Source: a bacterium (GTDB lineage: Bacteria; Patescibacteriota; Patescibacteriia; JACQRZ01). Taken from it: 64,000 nucleotides of DNA. Position numbers and translations under genes: made by a program. Every line of letters starts with the position of its first letter. Positions within the stretch are counted from its first letter, which is position 1. The stretch lies in the NCBI GenBank assembly GCA_030688365.1, contig JAUYIE010000021.1, positions 9,866-73,865 on the forward strand, given 5' to 3'. Of this stretch, positions 1-8,701 are shown piece by piece. Below the pieces are notes generated by a model that was not told the origin of the DNA, searched no databases, and was given only the letters and a program-made list of their open reading frames with translations.

Positions 1-402
1 ACACCGACTGTATCAATTGGATCCACAGACTTGCACTCCATGGCGCAGTTGTATCTGGCAAATCCTACTTCGCGGTTCACAACATTTGTTTCTATTGCCA
101 AGACAATAGACACACCACGATTGAATGGCAGTGAGTGGACGGCTTTAGTACCGGGATTACAAGGACAAACCCTCCATGGACTCATGAAGACTATTTATCA
201 AGGAGTCGTCAATACATATACTGCAAAAAAAATGCCATTTGTGCAGATTGACATGAAAGAATGTTCTGCATTTACACTGGGCGCGTTTATGCAGATGAAG
301 ATGTTGGAAGTGATGTATTGCGCGCATGTACTCGGGGTCAATGCATTTGATCAGCCCCATGTAGAGATCTACAAAAAAGAAGTGAGAAAGTTATTGAAAT
401 AA
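1..402 (+). CDS. pgi: Glucose-6-phosphate isomerase, C-terminal part (5' end outside window)
   Basis: Frame open from base 1 (TPTVSIGSTDLHSMAQLY) and C-terminal VNAFDQPHVEIYK, both PGI motifs. Confidence 0.85.
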   Translation, partial: TPTVSIGSTDLHSMAQLYLANPTSRFTTFVSIAKTIDTPRLNGSEWTALVPGLQGQTLHGLMKTIYQGVVNTYTAKKMPFVQIDMKECSAFTLGAFMQMKMLEVMYCAHVLGVNAFDQPHVEIYKKEVRKLLK

Positions 403-440
403 AAAAGCGCCCCAGGATGCATTAGCGCTCCTGGGTAAAA
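401..440. terminator. Probable bidirectional intrinsic terminator
   Basis: cccagga(411-417)/tcctggg(429-435) stem flanked by A-runs, between convergent genes. Confidence 0.6.
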
Positions 441-441
441 A

Positions 442-789
442 CTAGCTTTTGTGTGGCTTTATATACAGCCACCAATGAAGACCCTTGTAATTTCGATCTC
501 CATATAAGTCAAATTTTTTCTCGACGCCTTTGTCGGGAGACAGACATACGATTCTCTCCAGTATGATAGGTTTATTACTTTCTTCTTCGAGAGTAATAAA
601 CAAAGGGCATTCCTTATGATTGTGGATTGCTTGTTCTATCTTTTTCAACGAATCTAAATGATCGTCGTAGGCGTTTGATAGATGAGCAATGACATTTTTA
701 TTTCTGGATGACATCCAAAATTCAAAAGATTCCTTTACTACGGGAGAGTGTGAAAAAAAAGCCACTAAATTTAAAAGCAACAACGGCAT
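442..789 (-). CDS. Hypothetical protein (115 aa)
   Basis: ORF with upstream AAGGGAG RBS and TATAAT-type promoter; no family recognised. Confidence 0.55.
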   Translation of the reverse strand: MPLLLLNLVAFFSHSPVVKESFEFWMSSRNKNVIAHLSNAYDDHLDSLKKIEQAIHNHKECPLFITLEEESNKPIILERIVCLSPDKGVEKKFDLYGDRNYKGLHWWLYIKPHKS

Positions 790-880
790 TTTTGTTCTCC
801 CTTTTTAAAATACACGACCATAATAATTATACACCTTCTTTGGTCTACTACAACATGATTTTTTGTCAATAAGTACAATA

Positions 881-910
881 ACAAAACCCCGCATGGTTAC
901 GAGGTTTTGT
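881..910 (-). terminator. Intrinsic terminator of the Cys-rich peptide gene
   Basis: Minus strand acaaaacctcgta-acca-tgcggggttttgt; irregular pairs are G-U only on the minus strand. Confidence 0.7.
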
Positions 911-926
911 CTAAAACAGTGGATAA

Positions 927-1079
927 CTAGCAGGTGCAGTTGCTTTCAATTTCCTGACAATTTACGCACTTATTCTCGCACGTACCGCCACAATCGCAAT
1001 GTCGTTCTCCTCCGCAGTCCATGGCGCATTGAGCGCACTGGGTTCCATCTGCGGGACTGCCACATTGGGCACACTTCAT
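927..1079 (-). CDS. Small Cys-rich peptide, 50 aa, 12 Cys (metallothionein-like or Zn-binding); absent from ORF track
   Basis: Translated by hand: MKCAQCGSPADGTQCAQCAMDCGGERHCDCGGTCENKCVNCQEIESNCTC; purine-rich GGAAGGAG upstream; terminator downstream. Confidence 0.8.
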   Translation of the reverse strand: MKCAQCGSPADGTQCAQCAMDCGGERHCDCGGTCENKCVNCQEIESNCTC

Positions 1080-1140
1080 TTCTCCTTCCATAGAAGTGAT
1101 GGATTATGTATTATACATCGTTAGTACAATATTGTTATAT

Positions 1141-1992
1141 ATGAGTGTGAATCGTACAAAAAAATCTGTCAAATTGTTACCCCGACGTATACGGCAATTT
1201 CAACAGATTATTTGGGATTATTATGAAAAAAATGGTAGACATGATCTTCCGTGGCGTCTTACCGATGATACATATACCATTTTTATTTCAGAAATAATGT
1301 TGCAACAAACGCAAGTACCGCGAGTGTTGATAAAATATCCCGAGTTTTTAGGAGAATTTCCTGATATAAACACACTCGCGCGAGCATCACTTGCAAACAT
1401 CCTCAACGTGTGGCAAGGGATGGGATACAACCGCAGAGCGATTTTTTTAAAAAAAGCGGCACGCGAAATCATTGAGAAGTACGACGGAAACATACCCAAC
1501 AATGTTATTGATCTAGAGAGCTTACCTGGTATCGGCATACACACTGCCGGTGCTATCATGGCTTTTGCGTTTAACGCCCCTGTTGTTTTTATTGAAACCA
1601 ACATACGTCGGACGTTTATTCATCATTTTTTTCAAGAAGATGCTGATGTATCTGATACAGAGATACTTCCGTTGGTGCGTGCGACACTGCCGGTGGATCG
1701 CCCGCGAGATTGGTACAATGCATTGATGGATTATGGCTCGTATGTGGCTAAAAATGTCGCCAATCCCAATCACAAGAGTCGGCATTATAAAAAACAGAGT
1801 TCGTTTGATACGTCCGTGCGTAAAGTGCGAGGTGTGATAATCAACACTCTTACCAGATCAAAGGATGGAATAATATTCAACAAAGAATTGGATGCACTAC
1901 CCTTTGAGCGTGAACGGATTAATATGGCGCTTGCAGGTTTGATGGCCGAAGATTTTTTGAAGAAAAAAAGGAATGGATATGGTATTTCATAA
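1141..1992 (+). CDS. mutY: A/G-specific adenine glycosylase, short form lacking the Fe-S cysteines
   Basis: RHDLPWR, SEIMLQQTQVPRV, WQGMGYNRRA, HhH LPGIG..TAGAI, ETNIRR; start chosen at ATG 1141. Confidence 0.9.
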   Translation: MSVNRTKKSVKLLPRRIRQFQQIIWDYYEKNGRHDLPWRLTDDTYTIFISEIMLQQTQVPRVLIKYPEFLGEFPDINTLARASLANILNVWQGMGYNRRAIFLKKAAREIIEKYDGNIPNNVIDLESLPGIGIHTAGAIMAFAFNAPVVFIETNIRRTFIHHFFQEDADVSDTEILPLVRATLPVDRPRDWYNALMDYGSYVAKNVANPNHKSRHYKKQSSFDTSVRKVRGVIINTLTRSKDGIIFNKELDALPFERERINMALAGLMAEDFLKKKRNGYGIS

Positions 1993-2055
1993 CTATTTCA
2001 CGATTTTCTATCAATTTGGTATAATAACGATATAATTTTGTAGCAATTATTTTTT

Positions 2056-2631
2056 ATGTATACTCCCTACAGTCAAAAAGCATCAATCATGATTATATCT
2101 CTTGTCGGATGTATCGCATTATGGATTTTGGTAGTGGCCTTTGCAAATATGAACTATGAGATTGCTATGATAGAAAGAGATGTTGCGGAGTTAAAAGCAA
2201 ACAGATTGGCAATGGAAACAACGCAACAGTACACAAATATTTCCAATAAGTTTTCGTTTGAATATCCTTTGAAATGGTATATCAATGATAATATCAAGCA
2301 GGATGGCATGTTGTTATTGGATCCTGACGCGACGTTTGCAAATCGTGCACCTATTCAAATAAGTGTGCAATCAGCCACAAAGGCAAAAGCATTGATGGAG
2401 ACAATTGATGGAGACAAGGCCGTTGCAGACGAATCTGTTATGCTTGGCACTACACCGGCAATACAGGTCATGTATGACGAAAGTGGTGAAGAATCCGTAG
2501 GAACGGCATATTTTATTGATCTTGATGCGAAAAATACCGTCGTGATAGAGGTAGTCAGTGGTAATGGTCCTGCAGATCCTGCTCAAATGGCATTAGAAAC
2601 GATATTGAAAACATTTACCATCCAGCAATAA
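2056..2631 (+). CDS. Membrane-anchored protein, PsbP/Mog1-like domain
   Basis: N-terminal TM helix, FSFEYPLKW motif, C-terminal ILKTFTI. Confidence 0.65.
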   Translation: MYTPYSQKASIMIISLVGCIALWILVVAFANMNYEIAMIERDVAELKANRLAMETTQQYTNISNKFSFEYPLKWYINDNIKQDGMLLLDPDATFANRAPIQISVQSATKAKALMETIDGDKAVADESVMLGTTPAIQVMYDESGEESVGTAYFIDLDAKNTVVIEVVSGNGPADPAQMALETILKTFTIQQ

Positions 2632-2632
2632 T

Positions 2633-2974
2633 ATGAAGGCAAAAAAGACAGCTTTGGTTGGTGATTCATCTGTACCACTCGCTCATGAAGAAGGAACACG
2701 CATTATCTTTGCAACCGTTCATGATATTGTTTTTAGTGCGACTGAAAGTCCTCAACCCGGCATTACCGTGGTGTTGGAGTCGCAAGATACTGACAATGAT
2801 CAATTATTGTGCGTGCGAACAAACGAAGCGGGTAAGCTTCCTATTTCTCACGACCTACCTGACGGCGCATATATGATGACCATGTTGTATACTGATCGCG
2901 TGGAACGTCAGCCAATCTTTATTGGACAACCAAAAGGAGGCAAACCCAAAGGGAGTGTGAGGAAATTGGCGTAG
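2633..2974 (+). CDS. Hypothetical protein (prealbumin/carboxypeptidase-regulatory-like beta domain possible)
   Basis: Starts 1 nt after the previous stop; RTNEAGK...LPDGAY pattern. Confidence 0.5.
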   Translation: MKAKKTALVGDSSVPLAHEEGTRIIFATVHDIVFSATESPQPGITVVLESQDTDNDQLLCVRTNEAGKLPISHDLPDGAYMMTMLYTDRVERQPIFIGQPKGGKPKGSVRKLA

Positions 2975-2977
2975 GGA

Positions 2978-3017
2978 ACTTTATAAAGTGCCGTTATTTT
3001 GCGTAACTTTATAAAAT
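2978..3017. promoter_or_regulatory. Paired palindromic operator-like sites upstream of rhuM-family gene
   Basis: actttataaagt (2978-2989, perfect palindrome) and actttataaaat (3006-3017, one mismatch). Confidence 0.4.
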
Positions 3018-3043
3018 TTGGTATTGCGAAAAAATGATGTAAT

Positions 3044-4072
3044 ATGTCGGATATGGAACAACCAAACTCACAAATCGTCATATATAAAGATCAGGATGGA
3101 AACATTAAGATTGATGTTCGTTTTGATGGTGATACCGTGTGGTTGACGCAAAATGCCATGGCAGAGCTTTTTCAGACAACAAAGCAAAATGTCAGTCAGC
3201 ATATCAAAAATATCACAGAAGATGGAGAATTATCAGAAAATTCAACTGTAAAGAATTTCTTTACAGTTCAAAAAGAAGGCGAAAGAGAGGTTGGGCGGGA
3301 TGTGGAATTCTACAATCTAGACCTCATTATCGCTGTTGGGTACCGAGTAAAGTCATCACAAGGCACCGCATTTCGCAGGTGGGCAACGGAACGGCTTTCA
3401 GAGTACATCGTCAAAGGCTTTGTGATAGACAGTGAACGGTTAAAGAATCCTGATCTTCCTTTTGACTATTTTGAGGAGCTTGAACGGACTATCGCGGATA
3501 TTCGTACCAGCGAAAAGAGATTTTATCGCAAAATAACTGATATCTACGCGACGAGTGTAGATTATGACCCCACAAACGATCAAAGTATTCTGTTTTTTCA
3601 AACAGTGCAGAACAAAGTCCATTATGCTGTGACCGGTAGTACCGCAGCAGAAATTGTCGTGGGTAGGATAGACAGTGGTAAAAAGAATCTAGGACTGGAA
3701 TCTTTTAGAGGTACCAAGCCTACAAAAGAAGAAGCCATTATTGCAAAAAATTATTATAACAAGGAAGAGCTAGCACAACTCAATGCACTGGTTGAACAGT
3801 ATTTGATATTCGCAACAGAACAAGCTCGTCGCAGGGTGCCCATGACAATGAATGATTGGGTAGAAAAACTGCATGGATTTTTGACTATCAATGATAGGAA
3901 TATCTTGCATGATGCGGGCAAGATTTCTCACGAATTGATGGTAGAAATTGCTGGGGCGAAATTTGATGAGTATAAGCATATGGAAGCAAGGCAAGATGTT
4001 GATTTTGACGAGGTCGCACTAAAGGCGATTGAGAGTGCAAGAGGGAGAGATATTTCCAAAAAGATTATATGA
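3044..4072 (+). CDS. RhuM-family DNA-binding protein
   Basis: TVWLTQNAMAELF, YNLDLIIAVGYRVKS, FRRWAT, IADIRTSEKRFYRKITDIYATSVDYD. Confidence 0.9.
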   Translation: MSDMEQPNSQIVIYKDQDGNIKIDVRFDGDTVWLTQNAMAELFQTTKQNVSQHIKNITEDGELSENSTVKNFFTVQKEGEREVGRDVEFYNLDLIIAVGYRVKSSQGTAFRRWATERLSEYIVKGFVIDSERLKNPDLPFDYFEELERTIADIRTSEKRFYRKITDIYATSVDYDPTNDQSILFFQTVQNKVHYAVTGSTAAEIVVGRIDSGKKNLGLESFRGTKPTKEEAIIAKNYYNKEELAQLNALVEQYLIFATEQARRRVPMTMNDWVEKLHGFLTINDRNILHDAGKISHELMVEIAGAKFDEYKHMEARQDVDFDEVALKAIESARGRDISKKII

Positions 4073-4485
4073 AAAAAGGACTTATCGTACATGCGCTTCT
4101 CTACAACCAAAAACACGAGGTGCTTTTGATTCGCAGATCTTTGGTAGACGATGTCTTGCCCGGTATGTGGGATATCCCAGGAGGAACGCTTGAAGACGGA
4201 GAGGATTTACAAAATGGCGCTGTCCGAGAGGTAAAAGAGGAAACGGGCTTAGATATCAAAAATCTTAATTTGTTTCACTACACTTCAAACGTTGACCAGA
4301 CAAAGGATATTGAGTTTATTCGGCTTATTTTTATCGGTCAGTGTGATGATACCGAGATAGTGTTAAATCCAGAGGATCATGATGAATATCGCTGGGTGTC
4401 GTTGGATAAACCACTTGAAGATATTGCGATGGTGGAGTATTTGCCTGATCTTATTCAAATGCTTCAAACAAGGGACATCAATTGA
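4069..4485 (+). CDS. NUDIX hydrolase
   Basis: Nudix box GGTLEDGEDLQNGAVREVKEETGL. Confidence 0.9.
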   Translation: MKKGLIVHALLYNQKHEVLLIRRSLVDDVLPGMWDIPGGTLEDGEDLQNGAVREVKEETGLDIKNLNLFHYTSNVDQTKDIEFIRLIFIGQCDDTEIVLNPEDHDEYRWVSLDKPLEDIAMVEYLPDLIQMLQTRDIN

Positions 4486-4497
4486 TCAGGTATTATC

Positions 4498-5118
4498 CTA
4501 CAAAATAATCACCTCGCCATCTGCAAGCGTTTTAAATGGCATGTTATTTTTTGTCATATATTCAACGGTTTTTTGTGCGCTTTCGGATTCTATATGATCT
4601 GAATTGTAATGCGGGATTATGGAATACGGGAGAATATGTAGACCACCCCAAATAACTTCCAAGTTGTCCCCATAGGGTTTTGCTGTCGGATCATCCATGA
4701 GTTCCATGCCATGTAACGTTGGTGCCAATACACAGATGCCAGCGCTATATCCTCCATACAGCAGATCATCTCTGGTGGCTAATTTTTTTATAATCACATC
4801 AAAACCGCTCATCCTCATCGCTTGTCTCAAGACGAAAATGTTGCCTCCGCGCACCCAGATGACGCCAGATTCAGAAAGTTTTTTTTCTAATTCAGTCGGG
4901 TTATCAAAATAATCGCGTAGATCAACGAGCTCAACATCTAGGCCGAGCGTTGTAAGTTGATTCATATCAGATTGTTCACTGATTTTGCGTCTTTCTAGAC
5001 CATCTGAAAAATCAAGAGCGTTGGGGATATAAGCAGTTTTTTTGTTCACTGCAGACAGCAGTGTTTTCAGCTTTTCAATCTCGTTTCCCAGTTTGTATGA
5101 GGATAGGTAGAGTTTCAT
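4498..5118 (-). CDS. Peptidase S51 (PepE-like, class I GATase-like fold)
   Basis: YIPNA, VRGGN, GYSAG catalytic Ser, IPHY. Confidence 0.85.
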   Translation of the reverse strand: MKLYLSSYKLGNEIEKLKTLLSAVNKKTAYIPNALDFSDGLERRKISEQSDMNQLTTLGLDVELVDLRDYFDNPTELEKKLSESGVIWVRGGNIFVLRQAMRMSGFDVIIKKLATRDDLLYGGYSAGICVLAPTLHGMELMDDPTAKPYGDNLEVIWGGLHILPYSIIPHYNSDHIESESAQKTVEYMTKNNMPFKTLADGEVIIL

Positions 5119-5122
5119 AGAA

Positions 5123-5872
5123 TTATTTTCTCAACAAATCAGAAAGTGGTAAGAATTTTTTCTCTTTTGCAATCAAAATGTGATGAAACGTTCCCTTTGC
5201 CCAAAAAACCTTATACGCATTTGCCATTTTCTTGGAAGAAATAATGCGGTACGTCTCATCAATGATTTCGATCGCGCAACAGTTATCAATCGCAACTGCT
5301 ATTCCCTCTGTCTTTTTCATCATTTTCTTCAGGTCAGATTTACGGTCTTTTTCAAAATCATAATGAGGACATAAAAGGGCAGAGACCAAGTTTAATCCTG
5401 AAACTTTTATCAATGGGGCGTTCGGGTTTTTCATTTTTCGAGAATCAGAGTTGCCGTACTTGAACCAGCAAATCGCGCCCGCGCTCAATCCAGAAAGCAC
5501 GATTCCTTTGTCGTATGCCTGCCTTAAGAGTACAACCACGCCGTATTTTTTCCACGCCTGCATCATTTTCAACGTATCTCCACCCCCAACGTAGATAATA
5601 TCAGCAGACAAAATTTTATTCTTTATTTCTTGTTGTGTGAGTGCGCCCTTCAGAAGATACAACACTTCTGTTCTACACCCCAGCTTTTTACCAAAATAGT
5701 TTTTGACTGTTTCAAAATAGGATTCACTGTCCCCGCTGGCGGTAGGAATAAAAAGCAGAACAGGATTTTTCTTGCCAGTCAGTTTGATAATTTCTTTATC
5801 AATTTTTGTTGTCTCAATGGGATAGCCTGGTCTGCCTATATCCCCACCACCGATGGCAATGATTTTCTTCAT
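5123..5872 (-). CDS. Peptidase S51 (dipeptidase E family)
   Basis: IAIGGG, FIPTASGD, YVGGGDT, GLSAGAICWF, CPHYD. Confidence 0.9.
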   Translation of the reverse strand: MKKIIAIGGGDIGRPGYPIETTKIDKEIIKLTGKKNPVLLFIPTASGDSESYFETVKNYFGKKLGCRTEVLYLLKGALTQQEIKNKILSADIIYVGGGDTLKMMQAWKKYGVVVLLRQAYDKGIVLSGLSAGAICWFKYGNSDSRKMKNPNAPLIKVSGLNLVSALLCPHYDFEKDRKSDLKKMMKKTEGIAVAIDNCCAIEIIDETYRIISSKKMANAYKVFWAKGTFHHILIAKEKKFLPLSDLLRK

Positions 5873-5950
5873 ATGGTGTACTTTTTAAAGCGTTTATTAT
5901 GATATAGTGTAGTAGTAATGACTTATTAATACAAATAGAAAGGAGGAGAA

Positions 5951-6871
5951 ATGCTAGACACCCATACAATAGACCAAATAATACACCAAATTGAAGGATT
6001 GCTTGGTATTACCATCGTTGAAAGGGAGCTGTCAGATTTGCAAGGTACTGATGGCCATGTATTTATCGTTACTGACAAGGATGGGACTGAATATGTTATA
6101 AAATACAGCCCCAATGCAATAAATGACGTGGTCGCTCTTAATCTGATCAAAGAAAAAAATCTTACCATCCCAGTGCCGAAGTTATTCGGATATTTTTCTT
6201 TCAAAGGAAAAACGGTTGTTGTTTTAGAAAAAATTACGTTTCCTTTATTGGATCAAACATCAAGGGAAAGATACCACCTGTATATCAAATCGATGATAGA
6301 CCATTTACAAAAAATACATACGGTCAAATCAAAGATTGCCGGGTTTGTCTCAAATCAAGAAAAACGGATGTCTTGGCAACAGTTTTTGTTAAATATGTAT
6401 ACAGAAAAGAGTCCATTTTTTGATTGGAGAGAGATAGTGTCTCGTGATGGTGTAGATACAAAACTCGTGCAAAAGGCACTTACCGCCGTAGTAAAAAAGA
6501 TTGAAAATCAAAAATTTCTTGACCCGACATATTCTCTATTACATACGGATTTTAATCAAAAAAATCTTTTTGTAGACCAAAAATTACATGCAATTTCCTC
6601 TATCACTGATTGGAGTGAAGCCATGTTCGGGGATCCGCTATATGATTTTGTGAGGATTAGGTTGTATATTTTTCATTTTAATTTGAAGCATGGTTCACGT
6701 AAAACATACTTTGACCTATTGCATCTCACCAAAGAAGAAAAAGAACGAGAGGAACTATATTTTGTCATCCAGATTTTAAACTACATAGGATGGTATTCGG
6801 AAGTAAAAAATGATTTTAATACCTCACGATTGGCGATGCATCAAGAGTTTTTGAAAAATTATCCGTGGTAG
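5951..6871 (+). CDS. Aminoglycoside phosphotransferase/choline kinase-like protein
   Basis: IPVPKL, LLHTDFNQKNL, ITDWSEAMFGDPLYD; AGGAGG RBS. Confidence 0.8.
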   Translation: MLDTHTIDQIIHQIEGLLGITIVERELSDLQGTDGHVFIVTDKDGTEYVIKYSPNAINDVVALNLIKEKNLTIPVPKLFGYFSFKGKTVVVLEKITFPLLDQTSRERYHLYIKSMIDHLQKIHTVKSKIAGFVSNQEKRMSWQQFLLNMYTEKSPFFDWREIVSRDGVDTKLVQKALTAVVKKIENQKFLDPTYSLLHTDFNQKNLFVDQKLHAISSITDWSEAMFGDPLYDFVRIRLYIFHFNLKHGSRKTYFDLLHLTKEEKEREELYFVIQILNYIGWYSEVKNDFNTSRLAMHQEFLKNYPW

Positions 6872-6874
6872 TCT

Positions 6875-7213
6875 ATGACACATCATAAACTCAAAAACGA
6901 CAAGTACGTAAAAGCTCGCGATGGCAATTCGTATTTTTTAGATCTCTACTGCAGTCGGTGTGAGCAATTTCTTGTTCTCTATCAAAAGGACGGGCAAGGT
7001 GCATTGATACGGCTGTATCTTGATCGATTTTTTGCCCCGAAAGAATTAGCAGTATTACAGTACGATTGTAAAGAAAAGAAGGATATGCCTAATCTCAAAT
7101 GTTCAAAATGTGGCGTACTTATTGCCACACCAATGATGTATGAGTCTGAACAGAGACCGGCATTTCGTTTGATTCGCGGTGCATTCGTAAAGAAAATGAC
7201 CATTGACAAATAA
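6875..7213 (+). CDS. Hypothetical zinc-ribbon protein
   Basis: CSRC and CSKC pairs; YQKDGQGALIRLYLDR. Confidence 0.7.
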   Translation: MTHHKLKNDKYVKARDGNSYFLDLYCSRCEQFLVLYQKDGQGALIRLYLDRFFAPKELAVLQYDCKEKKDMPNLKCSKCGVLIATPMMYESEQRPAFRLIRGAFVKKMTIDK

Positions 7214-7258
7214 GATAGTGAATATTAGGCTTGTGTGTAGTTTAACTTTCTTGTATTT

Positions 7259-7846
7259 ATGATATTTAGAGGAGTAGTCAGTCAGGATGGAATACGATGT
7301 GATGTACACCATATGGATGTAGATCATTTTAATGATATCCCCGACAATTTAAAATTGAAGGCACATGCCGTATGCTTATATAATGGTAAAATATTGTTAG
7401 TCCATCATCCAGAATGGGGTATCTGGAGTATTCCTGGTGGCACTCGTGAGCGGGGGGAATCAATAGAAGAAACCTTAGTAAGGGAAATATTAGAGGAAGC
7501 GAATTGTAAGGTGATTGATTGTCAACCCATAGCTTTTCAAAAAGTTGTTAATCCTAGCGATGAAACACTGTATTATCGATTACAATATTTCTGTAATGTT
7601 ATACCTGTGGAAGATTTTAAGGAAGATCCTGCCGGAAATATAGATAAAATCGCATGGATACAACCACGTGATTTTGAATTATATATCGAAAATAAGGAGT
7701 TTAAAATAATAGTGATCAGACGTGCGCTTGAATTATTAAAAAATATGAAGATCAAAAAGCTCGATAAAAATATTATCAGAGTTATTGCTAACGAGAAAGA
7801 CTATATCCTTGCAGAACCGATGGATTTTAGAAAAGAGTTTAGTTAA
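7259..7846 (+). CDS. NUDIX hydrolase
   Basis: PGGTRERGESIEETLVREILEEANC. Confidence 0.85.
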   Translation: MIFRGVVSQDGIRCDVHHMDVDHFNDIPDNLKLKAHAVCLYNGKILLVHHPEWGIWSIPGGTRERGESIEETLVREILEEANCKVIDCQPIAFQKVVNPSDETLYYRLQYFCNVIPVEDFKEDPAGNIDKIAWIQPRDFELYIENKEFKIIVIRRALELLKNMKIKKLDKNIIRVIANEKDYILAEPMDFRKEFS

Positions 7847-8561
7847 AATTTGCTATAGACCATTTTTTGGGAAGTGGTCTTGTTTTTGTGTAAATGTATT
7901 TTATTAAAGCCGATAAAATTTTTATTTTGTCTTGCCTATCGGTGGCAAGATAAAAATGATTAACGAGATTTCCAAATCTTTTATCAATATCATTAAGTCG
8001 TGCGTGTAATTCCTTTGGTTGTCTAAGAAAATCTCCATTTATTTTTAGAAATAGTTCCATAATATTATTTATCAAAAGTTGGCTGTCTACGCCAAACGCC
8101 ACAGAGTCTTGATTTTTTGCGTCTCGTCGTACTTCACCCAAGAAATCGTCTATAGAATATTTATGCATTAAGATTTCCTCTTTTGTATATTTTGTCTTGA
8201 GATTGAGATTTGACTTTGCAATTGCTTGTATTTTCGCAATAGAGGCGCTCCTTTGAAAAAGTATTGCACTATGTGCCAGCATGTGAGAAGTATTTCTCTT
8301 TAAGGCATTTTTATCTTCATTCAAATATTTGTTTGTTTCATTTATAGGTTCAATGATTATATCAATTGGAATGCCGTACTTTATCAGACCTATTCGAGCA
8401 AATTTCGCAAGTTTACGTACTATTATATAGAAATCAATATCAGAATATTCGTCGGAGGTATCTCGTGCCGCAGATCCAAATACCATAATACCCAAGACAT
8501 TTTTGTCTGGTTTGTATTGTGTGACTATCTCGTCGTAGATCTTTTGAACAATTTTTTGCAT
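7839..8561 (-). CDS. Nucleotidyltransferase-domain protein (pol beta superfamily)
   Basis: VFGSAAR...SDIDF motif plus helical C-terminal domain. Confidence 0.8.
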   Translation of the reverse strand: MQKIVQKIYDEIVTQYKPDKNVLGIMVFGSAARDTSDEYSDIDFYIIVRKLAKFARIGLIKYGIPIDIIIEPINETNKYLNEDKNALKRNTSHMLAHSAILFQRSASIAKIQAIAKSNLNLKTKYTKEEILMHKYSIDDFLGEVRRDAKNQDSVAFGVDSQLLINNIMELFLKINGDFLRQPKELHARLNDIDKRFGNLVNHFYLATDRQDKIKILSALIKYIYTKTRPLPKKWSIANFN

Positions 8562-8601
8562 AAAAAAAAGATTAAGGTTAGTTTAACACTGAACCTTAAT
8601 C
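8562..8601 (-). terminator. Intrinsic terminator closing the rSAM-peptide transcript
   Basis: gattaaggtt(8570-8579)/aaccttaatc(8592-8601) perfect 10-bp stem followed by T8 on the minus strand. Confidence 0.8.
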
Positions 8602-8614
8602 CTGTTAAGCCATT

Positions 8615-8689
8615 TTACTTGCAGTTACTTGGTTTCTTGCAAGTTTTTCCTGGCTTTATCACTGGTAGTGATATAACAATTATTTCCAT
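8615..8689 (-). CDS. Putative RiPP precursor peptide, 24 aa, two Cys; absent from ORF track
   Basis: MEIIVISLPVIKPGKTCKKPSNCK; RBS AGGAGGT (8701-8695) abuts the rSAM stop, 5 nt before ATG; terminator follows. Confidence 0.8.
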   Translation of the reverse strand: MEIIVISLPVIKPGKTCKKPSNCK

Positions 8690-8701
8690 TTTGCACCTCC
8701 T

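Noticed and set aside
863-1093. 76-aa plus-strand ORF in the track
   Set aside because: Shadow of the minus-strand Cys-rich gene, which has the RBS and terminator
4498-5872. S51 peptidases as the RiPP leader peptidase
   Set aside because: S51 enzymes are mainly dipeptidases, lie about 2.7 kb away and are cut off by a terminator and opposite-strand genes
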